Source: Azolla caroliniana
Taxonomy: Eukaryota > Plantae > Polypodiophyta
NCBI GenBank assembly: GCA_043228905.1
Contig: JBHGNT010000590.1
Coordinates: forward strand, 1-19,824
Length of the DNA stretch: 19,824 nt
Direction of reading: 5' to 3'
The notes beneath the pieces are model-generated. The model saw only the letters and a list, made by a program, of their open reading frames with translations. It ran no database searches and was not told the origin of the DNA. The position numbers and the translations under genes were made by a program. Shown here in pieces: positions 19,058 to 19,824 of the stretch. Numbering within the stretch: the stretch's first letter is position 1; every line of letters starts with the position of its first letter.

Positions 19058-19824
19058 ACCTCCATCTGAATAGGTGTTCATTTGCTAACTCCACACAAAG
19101 AATCCTCATACGCTTCCGCATATGTTGGCCAACATCTCATTTATCGTCAGCCAACCCATACACACATATTGTCAACACACCACATACACATACAAGGAGA
19201 TTAGAAGGTAGCTTCAAATGAGCACTTACCACTAATATCATATAAAGTATGAGATAATTTTTGGGTTCTTTACACAAGTATTGGCCTCTTTTACATTATA
19301 TTTTTTGTGTTCTCATGATCCACGCTTACACACTTGGTACCAACGCCAATATCATTTTTCATAGTGTTATGTATGATATGTAATTAGAAGCCACCAACAA
19401 GCTCACTTCATGTGAATCAACAAGAAAGATGGAAAATTATTGTAACCATAAACAACATGAAATTTAACAAGCTTATGTAACAAAAATGCAAAAGGTTTTA
19501 AACATAATATAACATCTTGATACAAAAAAGCTAATGTAAATGAAATTCATATAGAATGTACATGGAAAGGTTTTGGGTCCCACATTTGCCTCACATCAAA
19601 AGCAATATTCTTTTTGAATGGCGTGATAGACCCTTAGTAGGGTACTCAAAATGGATTATACACTCTCCCATGGCTCTACTAAATTTTATTGGCCTATGCA
19701 TTTTGACATACAAGTCTATCAGATTAAATGTCAACAATGTCAAGACTGAGCAACTTAAAGTCACGAGTCTTTTGCATCCCTCAAATATACATGCCACTAA
19801 ATAGGAAACCATATCAATGGATTT

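Noticed and set aside
19058-19824. ORFs 19036-19221, 19556-19804, 19591-19812
   Set aside because: Short, AT-rich, no recognisable motifs; left unannotated, though a very decayed TE fragment cannot be excluded.

Overview
Plant nuclear DNA (moss-like by inference: spliceosomal introns, Tcn1-type chromoviruses, (CT)n tracts), made almost entirely of nested transposable elements. (1) 1-4394: two decayed copies of one Ty3/Gypsy chromovirus family (RT end/RNase H/integrase/chromodomain, 3' LTRs at 2202-2644 and 3949-4394); the first is probably inserted into the integrase of the second. (2) 4395-4696 plus ~13732-13903: probable 3' end and LTR of a copia-type element, split by (3). (3) The main finding: a complete 9,031-bp cut-and-paste DNA transposon (4697-13727; 36-bp TIRs, 4-bp TSD AGAA). 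It carries an intact 926-aa Sola-like DDD transposase (+ strand) and, divergently, a six-exon gene (9757->5744, ~974 codons) fusing a ParB/Srx-like domain to a prokaryote-type beta-class N6A/N4C DNA methyltransferase, with one in-frame TAG in this copy. Intron 1 of that gene holds seven 33-bp CG-rich palindromes spaced 51-52 bp apart, reminiscent of parS/operator sites. (4) ~14167-18715: a near full-length, decayed LINE inserted into a (CT)n tract beside a tRNA-derived SINE-like repeat; a neighbouring duplicate of that unit shows the empty site. All family assignments come from motif recognition by eye, not database searches.
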